A stretch of DNA of 64,000 nt from Anolis carolinensis (Eukaryota). Shown here in pieces: positions 37,421 through 51,100 of the stretch. Below the pieces are notes generated by a model that was not told the origin of the DNA, made no database searches, and saw only the letters and a program-made list of their open reading frames with translations. Where the stretch lies: NCBI RefSeq assembly GCF_035594765.1, contig NW_026943824.1:7706317-7770316 (forward strand). The letters run 5' to 3'. Position 1 is the first letter of the stretch. Each line of letters opens with the position of its first letter. Made by a program: the position numbers and the translations under genes.

Positions 37421-39548
37421 AGTGAATAAAGTAATGGGTTCGTGAGTGGTTAGGTATATAGGTAGGTAGTTAGTTAGGTAGATAGGTAGGAATATAGATA
37501 GCTAGGTAGGTGAATTGACGGATGGATGGTTAGGCTGGTAGGTAAGTAGATAGATGAATCAAGAGATGGGTGGGCAGATAGATAAACCAGTAGAGGGAGG
37601 GAAGGATAGATTGAAAGGCCTTGCGATAATCTTTCCCAAGGCCTGTGGCCGCAAGAATCTTGTGAAAGGGGATGTGTTTTGCAGGAAGGAAGAGACGTGG
37701 ATGCAACCTTTGCGGTGAGAGTGCATTTCACATCACTATTGCAATGGATCCCCTCTCTTAAAATCAAAACAAAACCCATCTTATCTTTATTACTAGCTGT
37801 GCCTGGCCACGCGTTGCTGTGGCGAAGTCAGGTGGTATGGGAAATAAAGTATTGAGGAATTGGTGGTAGTTAAGGTAAAGGGTAAAGGTGTGGAGTCCAG
37901 ATAATCCAGTTAAAGCAGAGACTATAAGATTATAAATGGGTTATATAGCTTTGTGGAAGGGCCTTGAGTCTACACTGCCATCTAATCCAGTTAAAATCTG
38001 ATAATCTGTATTTTATAGGCAGTGTGGAAGAGGCCTAAGTGAGGCTTAACTCTGCCTGTCCCCTGGGTGAGTGGGTTGCTAGGAGACCAAGTGGGCGGAG
38101 CTTAGCCTTCTAACTGGCAGCAATTGGATAAAAACAATTCTTCCTCTCCCTCTAATTAGGACTTTATTTTTCTTTTCTTTTTGTTGTATCAACCTAGAGG
38201 CGTGGATGATGGGTTGTGTTGTCAATTTTAGAGGTTGTGGGGTGTTTAGTTTTGTTGTTTTGGCGGTCGCCAGGATTCCATCACTATTTTATATATATAC
38301 TAGCTGTGCCCGGCCACGCGTTGCTGTGGCGTTGTCTGGTGGTGTTGGTGAGAAATTGTTGAGGTAGTGGTGGTACTGAATGTCTGTTGTATGGTTGTCT
38401 TTATGTTTAGTATGCACACTGAAGTGAATTATATGGCAGTGTGGACTTAAGATAATCCAGTTCAAAGCAGATAATATAAGATTATAAATGTGTGGAAGGG
38501 CCTTGAGTCTACACTGCCATATAATCCAGTTCAAATCTGATAATCTGTGGAAGAGGCCTAAGTGAGGCTTAACTGTGCCTGTCCCCTGGGCTGAGTAGGT
38601 TCATTGGAGACCAAGTGGGCGGAGCTTAGCCTTCAAACTGGCAGCAATTGGATAAAAACTACTATTCCTCTCCCTGTAATTAGGACTTTATTTTTCTTTT
38701 CTTTTTGTTGTATCAACCTAGAGCCGTGAATGATGGGTTGTGTTGTCAAATTTCGAGGTTGGAGGGCCTGTAGTTTTGTTGTTTTGTCCGCTGCCCTGAT
38801 GCCATCACTCTTTTATATATAAATATAGATGAGCGAAAACCATCACTTATTTTTTTACGATGTGCAAAGTCCATCATCCACTGCTGAGGTCCCAAACTAG
38901 GATACTGAAAGACCTTCCTACATTTGCTCTGGCTGGATTGGGCTAACAAAACCCATTGCCTCCTAACTAGCAAAGAAACAGTGGGTGATGGGAGTTAGAG
39001 TCCAACATATCGGGAAGGTGCCAATTGGGGAAAGAGAGGTTTTTGTGTCCAAAAAAAAAACACCTCTTGCTACTGTGTTTGGGTTCCTAAGTTCAGGCAG
39101 TGGCTGGGCATGATGGAAGTTGTAGTCCAATACATGTGGATAGTGCCGATTAGGACTTGCATGGCTCAAAAAACTCCAGCTGTATGTTACCCCCAAAGGC
39201 TATCTCTTCCCAATTAGTTCAGGCAGGAATTGGGAATGATGGGAGATGTAGTCCAACAGAGGTTTCGCCCAAGACTATCTCCCTGGAAGGAAGACTAAGG
39301 ACATTTGTTGCCCTGTGGCAGATTGATTCAGATTCATTGCGTGAGCCGTGAAATTTCACAATTTGGCCTCCGGTGCATCTCATTGTCATGCATACGAACA
39401 AGAAAAACATGTGAGTGGACGAATTAAGCATCTTTATAATTATCTTTAATGATGACGAACTGTGATTTCATAAGCGGCAGAAAGCTTCATGAGAAGCAAA
39501 GGGATTTCCCCCAATCAAAAAGATGAGTTTCGGGGTGCAGGAAGGGAA

Positions 39549-42500
39549 TTAATTGGATTTCAGGGTCACTTCCACTGGATAATGGTCACTGACAGCCAAA
39601 GCCTGGAAAGAAAAAAGAAAGGGAAAAAAATAATCATATACATACAGTAGAGTCTCACTTATCCAACATAAACAGGCCGGCAGAATGTTGGATAAGTGAA
39701 TATGTTGGATAATAAGGAGGGATTAAGGAAAAGCTTATTAAACATCAAATTAGGTTATGATTTTACAAATGAAGCACCAAAACATGTTAGACAACAAATT
39801 TGACAGAAAAAGTAGTTCAATACGCAGTAATGCTATGTAGTACTTACTGTATTTACAAATCTAGCACCAAAATATAATGATGTATTGAAAACATTGACTC
39901 CAAAAATGCGTTGGATAATCCAGAAGGTTGGATAAGTGAATGTTGGATAAGTGAAACTCTACTGTAATGAGATTTGTGTTCTATATGTGTCTCCCCCTAG
40001 TGGTAAAAGACGTCTGTATCATCATAGGACTTTCCTCACTTTTTCATGTTGCTTTGTTTTCCAAATAGAAAATATCACTCCAGTCTTGGCAATGGATAAC
40101 AACAACAACAACAACAATAACAACAGGAGAAAGGTAAGACTGATATAAAGATAATACTAATAATATAATATTAGCAATATAATAAAATGATTATATCATA
40201 TAATAAATAATAATATAACAATATAATATAATATATAACATCATATATAATTATATGTGATATTATATGGTATTATATGATAGTAAAGGTAAAGGTTTTC
40301 CCCTGACGTTAAGTCAAGTCGTGACCGACTCTACGGAGTTGGTGCTCATCTCCATTTCTAAGCCGAAGAGCCGGCGTTGTCCGTAGACACCTCCAAGGTC
40401 ATGTGGCCGGCATGACTGTATGGAGCACCGTTACCTTCCCACTGAAGCGGTACCTATTGATCTACTCACATTTGCATGCTTTCGAACTGCTATGTTGGCA
40501 GGAGCTGGGGCTAACAGCGGGAGCTCATTCTGCTCCCGGGATTTGAACCTGGGACCTTTTGGTCCATACATTCAGCAGCTCAGCGCTTTAACACACTTTG
40601 CCACTGGGGCTCCAATATTAATAATAGAATAGAATAAAATAATTATATTATATATTATATAATAAATAATAATATAATATAATCTATATATATATATATA
40701 AAAGAGTGATGGCATCACGGCGACCCACAAAACAACAAAACTACAGGCCCCCCAACCTCGACATTTGACAACACAACCCATCATCCACGCCTCTAGGTTG
40801 ATACAACAAAAAGAAAAGAAAAATAAAGTCCTAATTAGAGAGAGAGGAATAATTGCTTTTATCCAATTGCTGCCAGTTAGAAGGCTAAGCTCCTCCAACT
40901 TGGTCTCCTAGCAACCCAATAAAAATAATAAAAAACACTAAAAATTAATACAATAAAATACTATAATAACACAAAATAACTAAAAATAATACAAGAAAAT
41001 AATAAAATATAATAAATAAAAATATAACTTACAATAAAATTAATAAAAATGCAAATAAAGTCAAATAAAAATTACACAACAATTTTAAACCAATACCACC
41101 ACCACTTTGCCACAGCAACGCGTGGCCGGGCACAGCTTGTGCAATATAATATAGTATAATAAGATTTATGATATGATATTAATATAATATAGATGATGAT
41201 CCCCTGCCTTGAAACCAGATTGGAGAGCCTCTGAACATGTGCAGAGTCCCCTGTGCTGATCGAAACCCCTTCCCTCCTCCCCCTGCCACCATTAACAGAT
41301 GTTTGGGGTGCCTCTGGCCATGCACAGAGTTCACCATGCCTTGCAAATGATCAAAGGAGGATCTTCTCACGTCTTTGTAGCTGAGGCGGAAGGTTTCCTG
41401 GAAGTTGTTCACCTGGGCGCTCCCAGGTAGAAGGCCTCCTTGCAGGTGAGCTCCGACGGCTACGATGCTGCAGGAAGAAATAGAGTGATGGGAATTGTAG
41501 TCCAACCCTATTGGAGGCTGCTAGGCTCTATAAAGGAAGCTCTACAAAGACCTATATGTTTTGGACAGTGATGGGAATTGTGCCCGTCTAAGAGCCAAGG
41601 GAGGATGGGAGTTGTAAGCCCGGAAACTACACAGCACCCCAATAAAAGGTGTATTTTTATTGTGAGCCGAGTCCAACCCAAAGGTGGTCACAGGGCACAT
41701 CTGGACTGTTAATGTGGGATTTGTGTATAGATAGTGTTTAAATGAAATTTGTGTCTAGCATGTATTGCATCATCCAGGAAATGCTATAGTGTGTAAAGAG
41801 TTAATTTGGTAAGAAGCTGTATTGACCTTGGATATGTGTCTGGAGCCAGAGAGGAGTGTCCAGACTACAAGTGTGTTTGTATACAGCTGATTGCATCAGA
41901 TGAGATCTGTTCTGCCTGCTGAGAAGATCTGTGCTGTTTGACTAGAGTGGATGTCTTATGTCCATTGTCTGCAATTCTGTTTGTCTTGTAAAGTAAAACT
42001 TTGTAAATACTTTTTAACATTGTCTCTGACGTTCCTTCGTTCTGTGCTCCACTGACATCATACATCTGCTGCTACACTGTGCACATTACTCTGACATAGA
42101 CCCATCCCAAGGAGGAAGGGGATGCTGGGCTTGGCAGTTACCGGTCGTAGGCACAGTCAGAGCGCCCTGCGGTGGTGTCGGCCGTGTCCGGGATGAGCCA
42201 CTGGAAAGCGGGGTCAGTGCGCAGGCGGATGTGGGCCCAGTCCTGCGCCCGGACAAAGGAGCAGCCGGCGTTGAAATCACCCAGGAGGAGGACGTCCTGA
42301 CAGCAAGAAAGACAAGAAGCCCATCTTGGTCTCTCTCTCTCTTTGTATCTCCAGAACCAACAATAGACTCGAATCCAGTGCTCACCTTTTGGGGGCTAAA
42401 TGACCTCCCCCAAATTAAGATGAGCACGAGATTTGCATAATACAGTAAACTCAGTACTGAGCCCAAGCGAAAGGGGAAGCTCCTCTTTGGGGGATGTCAC

Positions 42501-45500
42501 CTCTAATTTAACAAGCACAGCTGAATGCAATGCAGTGCCGGGACTTGTAGTTTCGTGAGGCATTCACATAATACTAATCATATATTAATAACAGAATATA
42601 ATAATTATATTATATAAAAATAATAATGCAATATAATATAATATATTGATGCAGGTGTATTGGGAAAATATAATGCTTTTATTAGAAACTATATATTGAA
42701 TGTAATCATATTAGAAATGGGAATAGAAAATATATACAGTAGAGTCTCACTTATCCAGCACTCGCTTATCCTACATTCTGGCTTATCCAACGCATTTTTG
42801 TAGTCAATGTTTTCAATACATCGTGATATTTTGGTGCTAAATTCATAAATACAGTAATTACTACATAGCATTACTGCGTATTGAACTACTTTCTCTGTCA
42901 AATTTGTTGTATAACATGATGTTTTGGTGCTTAATTTGTAAAACCATAACCTAATTTGATTTTTTAATAGGCTTTTCCTTAATCTCTCCTTATTATCCAA
43001 CATATTCGCTTATCCAATGTTCTGTCGACCCGTTTATGTTGAATAAGTCAATCACATTTTAATCACATTTTATTAGCCCATCGGCCGTATCAAAACATTT
43101 AGCACATAGACATACATACAACATACAATCTGTGGTACAAAAGAAGTTAAAATAAACAAGCTGTTGACAAGATCCTGTTCAGGATTCTGGCCGGCCTTTT
43201 TTTGGGGCATAAAGATATAATGAAGTTTATTTGCCAAAAAATAAAAACCCAGAAATGAAGTAAAATACATGATTGATGAAAGAAAGAGGGGAGGTCTAGC
43301 TACACCCGATTTAAAACTATACTTTGAGGCGGCAGCACTATTGTGGGCCAAAGATTGGGCAAAACTTGAAAATAGCAAAATTTTGAATCTGAAGGGAGTG
43401 TTGGATAAGTGAGACTCTACTGTAATCACAAGCAGAATGTGTGCACATATTCTCCAAAATACCTTCTGCCTAGTCTCCTCATAGCAGAGACCAAAGTTCA
43501 CCCAAAGTGGCAGAGACATCTGTCAAGTGTCAACAAGACTAAATAAGCTCCATGCTAATGGACAAAAGACAAATTAAGGCTTTTGGGATGTCAAAATAAG
43601 CTTAATGTAACCTGACGCCATGAGGAGTTCTAATGACTCCCTAAAAGTTAAAGTGGGGAAATTCCTTAATTAATGGAACCCCAGAAAGTCTAGATAGGAA
43701 TTCCTTAGATAAGGCCTAATGGAGGGTCAGAGGTCTTGAAAATAGTCTATGTTTTAGGAAAATACAAAAGTAGCTTTTAGTAAAGTGCAAAGTAAGACTT
43801 TTTTGACACTAATTGGTGATGGATAATGCCTATATGACGTAGGTAGATGAAGGCAAAATGGTATAAAAAGGCCCGTGTTTCTTTGTTCTGTACCCTTGCT
43901 TCCCTGATTACAGGAGAGGGTCCTTCTTATGCTTATTCTCTGTGGCCATTGAGAATAAACGTCATTTTTCTTCAGCGCTTGGAACTCTCTTTGTCTCATT
44001 GCCTCAAACCTTTGTCTGCCGTTTCATTATAACATCATGTATATATATTACCTGGGTGCCCCACCTGTGCTTCACGTCCAGGTAGACATCATACAAGGCA
44101 TCGATCTCCAAGACGGCGTCATTGGGGGCGGCATGGAGGGGCACCAGGACCAGCTCCCCCAGCTCTGGGGAGGAGAGAGGCACATGGGCTTTGCAGTCCC
44201 TCGCCAGACCCACATTTTTCCGCAGCAACCAGCATGTAGAGCCTCACCTGTCTGTGGTGCCGCAAACCTCACCACGAAGGGCTCCCGGCTGAAGGTGTCG
44301 TTGCCACAAGGTTCGCAGCCGTCGTCGAAGTAGTAGCTGTCCAAGAGGGAGGCCTGGTCCTGCCTGGGCCATAAGAAGGGCATCTACATTGTGGGATTGA
44401 TGCAGTTTGACATCAAACCCCACAACCGCCTTGACTTAAGGTCCTGGGAGTTGTCGTTGGCGGAGAAGGCTCAAGACCTTGCAGAATGACCACTCCCAGG
44501 AATCCGTTGCATGTCCAAAGAGTGCCAAATGGCATCCGTGTCCCAGGGTAGTTCTACTCAGTCCTGACTTGTCCCTTGTAATGAAGTATGAGTTTTGTAC
44601 TCATGTTTGTTGTGTTTAGCTATGTGCTTGTGGTTTGGTTGGGTAGGTGTGAGACGGCGGCAGCCATTTAGTGGCTTTCCTCTGAGGCAGTTGCTATAGA
44701 GATGTGGGCGGAGCCATTTGCCGAGGGGAGAAGTGAAGAGTGAAGCCTCAGTCTGTGCTCTGATGAGGCACAGGGAAGATTGATTCCAGATTGATGGGAT
44801 CAAGGAGACTCAATTGTTCATTTTGAGTTGGTTTCAAATAAATTTGGTGACTTATTTAATGTAGTCTGTGTCCTGGAAAGGCACAGAGAATCTGTGATAG
44901 TATATCACAGGGGTGACCGTGGTTTGAAGTCACTGGATAGTCCAAGTTTCAGACTTTGGGAACCAATCCCAGCTGGACTCACAGAGATCCATTGAAGTAA
45001 CAGTTTAAAAGGAGCAGAGGAAGAAGTTTTAACTTATTTAAGTAAACGAAGTGAGACTTTAGAGAGTTTGATTCATCTCATTCTAGTATTGTAACTGTTA
45101 ATAAGAATACCTCTAAGTGAAACATCTTTTGTAACCACCAAGCTTGTACCTGAATAAACTTGATATTGTTCTTTTTACATCAAAGCCTCTGTCGTCTACT
45201 CCCTCAGCACAATTGCACTACCATTTTAACACCGAATAAAGTAAAAGGCTTCCTCTGAACTATTGGGTGGTTGAGCACTTTTATAATCTACTAGTTGTGC
45301 CCGGCCACGCGTTGCTGTGGCAAAGTGGTGGTGGTATTGGTTAAAAATTGTTGTGTAATTTTTATTTGACGTTATTTGTATTTTTTAATTAATTTTATTG
45401 TAAGTTATCTTTTTATTTATTATATTTTATTATTTTCTTGTATTATTTTTAGTTATTTTCTGTTATTATAGTATTTTATTGTATTAATTTTTTAGTGTTT

Positions 45501-47399
45501 TTAATTTTTTTTAGTTTTTTATTATTTTTTATTGGGTTGCTAGGAGACCAAGTTGGAGGAGCTTAGCCTTCTAACGGGCAGCAATTGGATAAAAGCAATT
45601 ATTCCTCTCTCTCTAATTAGGACTTTATTTTTCTTTTCTTTTTGTTGTATCAACCTAGAGCTGTGGATGATGGGTTGTGTTGTCAAATGTCGAGGTTGGG
45701 GGGCCTGTAGTTTTGTTGTTTTGTGGGTCGCCGTGATGCCATCACTTTTTTATATATATAGAAAGGTGGCTGCATTTCCACTAGTTATCTTTTATTATTT
45801 GGGACATCTATTTGTTATTAATTGGGTCTTCTACGCTACCCTCTTTTACATCCCTAAATGACCCCTTTCCATAAAAAAGGGACTCACCTGTAAATGAAAA
45901 GGTACTGCTCCTTGTAGCTGCTGCGTCCCAAAGGCTTGCTGACCACGTAACTGAAAGGATGGGCTGATGCCCTGAGAAGGGAAACAGAAGTTTCGAGGTG
46001 AGACTCTAGCTCTCCAGAACCCCCCAGTCGGGCAAGGGGATGCTGGGAGTCATAGTCTCCTCCTTGGATTTGTAGTTGTGATGTCTCAGGGACCCTCGAG
46101 TCATGACCCCGCAGCCATTATGGATCAGACTGAAGAGGATATGGGGTTTGTGCCAACTCAGCAAGATTCTGCTCCTTTCCAGATGTCCCCTGTTGACAGT
46201 TTTAGCCCACAGTTAATTACAAAAGCCCTTGAAACGGAGCCTGGTTCCCCGGAGAGTGCTCCGTTTGATAGGAGGTTGTTTTGGGAAACATCCCGCTCTG
46301 AGAAGCAGAATAGGAGGAAAAGCGCGAGATTAGCGGAGAGAGCGAACGCTAATTAAACCAATTCCCTTGAGAGTTTCCAGGGAGGTTTGCATCTGGCAAG
46401 TTGTTGTCTTCAGTCCGTTTTCCCTTGGGAAAAAGTGTTCAGGCACCTGGTTTGAGGGGAGATTCGAATTCCCATAAAAGTTCTGCACCGGCCTTTGCGG
46501 TGTCAACATGTCAGTTGGGAAACCAACACCGTCTCCAGTTCCTGCTACTCTCGAGTAGACCAGGCGTTGCGTCTCGTCTCCCTGCCAAGTCTGGACTGCG
46601 TTTCAGTTCCACCACGACCAACTTTGCCTTGCCTTGTTATCCTAGCCTCGGACATTGAACTTGGGACTCCTTGAAAGACCTTGCTTATTTCCCCACTCAA
46701 ACTGCTTGGAAGTTTGAGTGTGTTTCGGTTATTGGATTTAAAACTTTGAACTCTAATATTGGACATCTAACTTCATATTACTGGACTATATTTGACCTTT
46801 CCTAAAAGTACTATTGGTGGGCTATATACTCCGCTTATTTTTGTTTGACTCTTTTATTTCCTTAATAAAGATATTAGGTTGTTTATTGGCCTCCGTGTCT
46901 GGTTCCCTGTGCTCTCGCAGCCTAGAGGCGTCACAGTAGTTTTCATTGAAAACCAAGGAGGCAAGGAGTAACATGTAAATTTCCCAAGGACCAGACGTTG
47001 CCTAGAATGTCCACATTTTTTCAGGCTGTGCAAATGGAATGGCTCTCGATTCATAGCCCAGTTGTGTGTTTGGCAAATTGGCCAAAGTGGGTGACAAACA
47101 CAAGCACGGTTTAAGGGCAAACTCAAAATGCTGGGGTTTGTAGTCCTTGGGAAATGTACATGTTACTCCTTTCCCAAAGACCAGACGTTGCCCAAAATGT
47201 CCACATTTATTCAGGCTATCGGTGAATCAAGAGCAAATGGGATGGCCCTATCCTCTGCGGCTAGAACAAGGGACGCACTGGTTCAGGCGGTGCATCAGCT
47301 TCTTCACGGCACTCAGGTCGGCATCGCGGACTTCTTGGACCAAAGTGATGTCATATCCGGACACAATCTGGGAAGACACAAAATAGGGTCCAATAATAT

Positions 47400-47430
<31 letters not shown>

Positions 47431-48300
47431 TTTGCAGTATTTATATTCCGCCCTTCTCACCCCAAAGGGGACTCAGTGCGGATCACATTATACACATCTA
47501 GGGCAAACATTCAATGCCCATATACACATAGAACCGAGACAGAGACAGACGCAGAGGCAATTTAACCTTCTCCTGAGGGGATGTTCAATTCCGGCCACAG
47601 GGGGGAGCAGCTGCTTCATCATCCACTGTGACGGCACTTCCTCATTCCAACGTCGTAAATTAGTTAAATATGCCTCCCCACTTTATAAGTGGTACCTTAT
47701 TTCCTACTTGATAGATGCAACTATCTTTCGGGTTGCTAGGTCAGCAACGAGCAGGGGCTATTTTTTATTTTTTAATTGACAGGTGCTCACCCCGCCACGG
47801 GCTGGCCGCGAACTCATGATCTCATGGTTAGAGTGATTTATTGCAGCAGGCTGCTCACCAGCCTGCGCCACAGCCCGGCCCCTATAATAGAAACAGTTTG
47901 AGTGCCACGGCTCCATGTTATGGAATGATGGGAGTTGTAGTTTGGCACCAGAAAAGGCTGAAGGCTGTGAAACTACACCTCCCAGTATCCCATAATATCA
48001 AGTGGTGCCAAATTCATCTATCAAAGACTTTGTGCATTCCTGACTGGCTGAAGGGGATTGGACTAGATAGACTTCATATGTCTTTCTCACCGAGTTTTAA
48101 CTTAGTGTTCATGTGGCCTGCCCTGGTTTTTATTGCTTTCTTGAATTTTGGGTTGTAATGTATGTTATTATTTATTGTATTGTTAAATTGTGTTATGATA
48201 TGTTGTTTTATATTCTGTCATATTGTATTGTTCTGGGCATGGCCCCATGTAAGCCGCCCCGAGTCCCCGTTGGGGAGATGGTGGCGGGGTATAAATAAAG

Positions 48301-48349
<49 letters not shown>

Positions 48350-49144
48350 GATGTCCTTTGGGGATCCCTTCCAACTCTGGTGAAGTATAGACTCCCTGGG
48401 AATCCAGTGGAGTCTCCTTTTCTGGATGTTTTTGAATTGAGGCTGGATGGCTGTCTGTTGGGAGGGATTGCACTGTGACTTCTTGCCTAGCTGAAGCAGG
48501 TTGGACTAGACACCTATTGACTGTCTCTAGAGAAATATAGACTAGGAGTCCAGTGGAGGCGTTTGAACAGATGCTAGATGGGCATCTGTCAGGAGGGCTT
48601 TTTCTGTGTCTTCCTGCCTGGCTGAAGAGGGTTGGGCTAGATGCCCTTTGGGGTTCCCTTGGTGGAGGCTACCTCTTTGGAGGCTTTTAAGCAGAGGCTG
48701 GATGGCCATCTGCCGGGGGTGCTTTGAATGCGATTTCCTGCTTCTTGGCAGGGGGTTGGATTGGATGGCTCATGAGGTCTCTTCCAACTCTACGATTCTA
48801 TGATTCTATGATTCTGGAGGTGTTGGAACTGGCCATCTGTCAGGAGGGTTTTGACTGTGTTCTCTTGCCTTTGTTTCGCCTGTAGTCCAGAGGTGTGTCG
48901 CATTGAAAATGCTCCTCCATAAGACACACTTCTGGACCACAGGAGACACATCCTTGTGTCCCGACACACTCTGGTGCGGATGCTCCCGTGGTCCCAACGC
49001 AAAGGTCACCTGGACGATGAGGTCGGTGATGGTGTCGTTGGAGAGTTTGCTGTCCCCGAAGGTCTGGATGTTGAAGGCGCTGACCCTGAGTGCGAGGGAG
49101 GGGCGGACGAAGGCGGCCAGGCCCAGGACCCACAGGCCCCACAT
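39549..49144 (-). CDS. DNASE1: Deoxyribonuclease 1 (8 coding exons, 280 aa)
   Basis: Exons 49010-49144, 47279-47367, 45888-45971, 44248-44363, 44052-44164, 42142-42296, 41371-41467, 39549-39602 (135/89/84/116/113/155/97/54 nt). Signal peptide, SNDT glycosylation site, DNase I-type YFDDGCEPCGNDTFSREPF loop, PLHAAP, GDFNAGCS, CAYDR and SDHYPVEV. Confidence 0.93.
40283..40612 (-). mobile_element. Sauria SINE
   Basis: (ACCTTT)n tail read as GTAAAGGTAAAGGT, with the typical Sauria SINE body. Confidence 0.85.
44577..45850. mobile_element. Solo LTR in DNASE1 intron 3 with a nested Helitron
   Basis: TGTAA...TTACA termini, 5-bp TSD TCCCT, plus-strand AATAAA motifs; Helitron at 45291-45762. Confidence 0.8.
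46077..46935 (+). mobile_element. Solo LTR (5-bp TSD, probably Gypsy/BEL type) in DNASE1 intron 2
   Basis: Inverted termini TGTGATGTCTC / GAGGCGTCACA, TSD GTAGT, AATAAA near 46864. Confidence 0.85.
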
Positions 49145-50261
49145 GGCTCCCTCCTGCGCAGGAAGGAAGGCAGACAAGCCTCCGTATCAGCCATTCCCCG
49201 CTGTTCCATACATTCGGTTCTAGTCGGATTCCCCAGAATGGGTTCTGGAACCGGAGCATGCGCCGAGTGCCACAACTTCCCTGCCAACCCATGGCCTCAG
49301 TGCAAGGGTGCCTTATGCACACAGTTGCGGATCCATTGCATCCCTTTTCTCCCAGTGCAATGCAATACAAAACAATGCTATGCTATGCAATGCAGAATTG
49401 CACATTTCAACTTCCTTTTGCACTTACTGTATATACTCGAGTATAAGCCTAGTTTTTCAGCCCTTTTTTTAGGACTAAAAAAACCCCCCTCGGCTTATAC
49501 TCTGGTGAGGATCCTGGTTGGCTTATATTTGGGTCAGCTTATACTTGAGAATATATGGTACATTTATTATTTTTCTCTATTATTATTGGTATTATTACAT
49601 TTATTATTTTACTTCTATTATTATTACAGTAGAGTCTCACTTATCCAAGCTAAACGGGCCGGCAGAAGAATAAGCATGTGTTGGCTTCGACTCGGTCTGA
49701 ATTACGGCTCTTGTATAACGTCTGGAGGATGAATGGCATAAGCACTTTGCATTGTTTTAAACTTTGTATATTGTATTTTATGACTATTTTATAACTATTT
49801 TATGATTGTTTTAACTGTTTTAATCATTTTAGTTTATTGTATATCAGTGTAACGGCATCAATTGCCACTTGTAAGCCGCCCTGAGTCCCCTCGGGTGAGA
49901 AGGGCGGGGTATAAATAATTGAAATAAATAAATAAATAAATAAATATCTTGGATAACAAGGAGGGATTAAGGAAAAGCCTATTAAACATCAAAATAGGTT
50001 ATGATTTTACAAATGAAGCACCAAAACATCATGTTTTACAACAAATTTGACAGAAAAAGCAGTTCAATACACAGTAATGTTATGTAGTAATTACTGTATT
50101 TACAAATTTAGCACCAAAATATCACGATATATTGAAAACATTGACTACAAAAATGGCTTGGATTATCCAGAGGCTTGGATAAGTGAGGCTTGGATAAGTG
50201 AGACTCTACTGTACATTTATTATTGTACTCTATTATTGTTGCTACTATTACATTTATTTTA

Positions 50262-50313
<52 letters not shown>

Positions 50314-51100
50314 ACAATAGAGTCTCACTTATCCAACATAAACGGGCCGGCAGAATGTTGGATAAGCGAATATCTTGGATAATAAGGAGGCATTAAGGAA
50401 AAGTCTATTAAACATCAAATTAGGTTATGATTTTACAAATGAAGCACCAAAACATCATGTTAGACAACAAATCTGGCAGAAAAAGTAGTTCAATACACAG
50501 TAATGATATGTAGTAATTACTGTATTTATGAATTTAGCACCAAAATATCACGATATATTGAAAAAATTGACTACAAAAATGCGTTGGATAATCCAGAACA
50601 TTGGATAAGCGAGTGTTGGATAAGTGAGACTCTACTGTATTATTATTATTACATGTATTATTTTACTCTATTATTATTAAAAGGATACACATTTACATTG
50701 AAGAAGATGAGAATAATGATTTGATCAGAGTTGGACAATCTTATCTTAAATTAGAGCTTTATGTAAATATTCAAAACCATTTAACCTACTGATGCCTTAA
50801 TTAATGTAATTTTTGGTATCTATTTTTATTTCTGAAATTGACCACCCTTGGCTTATATTGGAGTCAATGTTTTCCCAGGTTTTTTTGGTAGTAAAATTAG
50901 GTGCCTCCGCTTATATTTGGGTCGGCTTATATTCGAGTATATACGGTATTTCTGATTTTATTTCTGTTTTGTTTTGTTTTGAGCTGCTATGGTATCCTAG
51001 GAGTTATACTTTGGTGCGTCCTGGCAGAGGAGGCAAGGGACCTTGCAAAACTACGTATCCCAGGAATCCATCACACTGCACCATGTTAGTTCAAGAACTG

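Noticed and set aside
48956-49732. 258-aa plus-strand ORF
   Set aside because: Antisense shadow of GC-rich DNASE1 exon 1 extended through transposon sequence.
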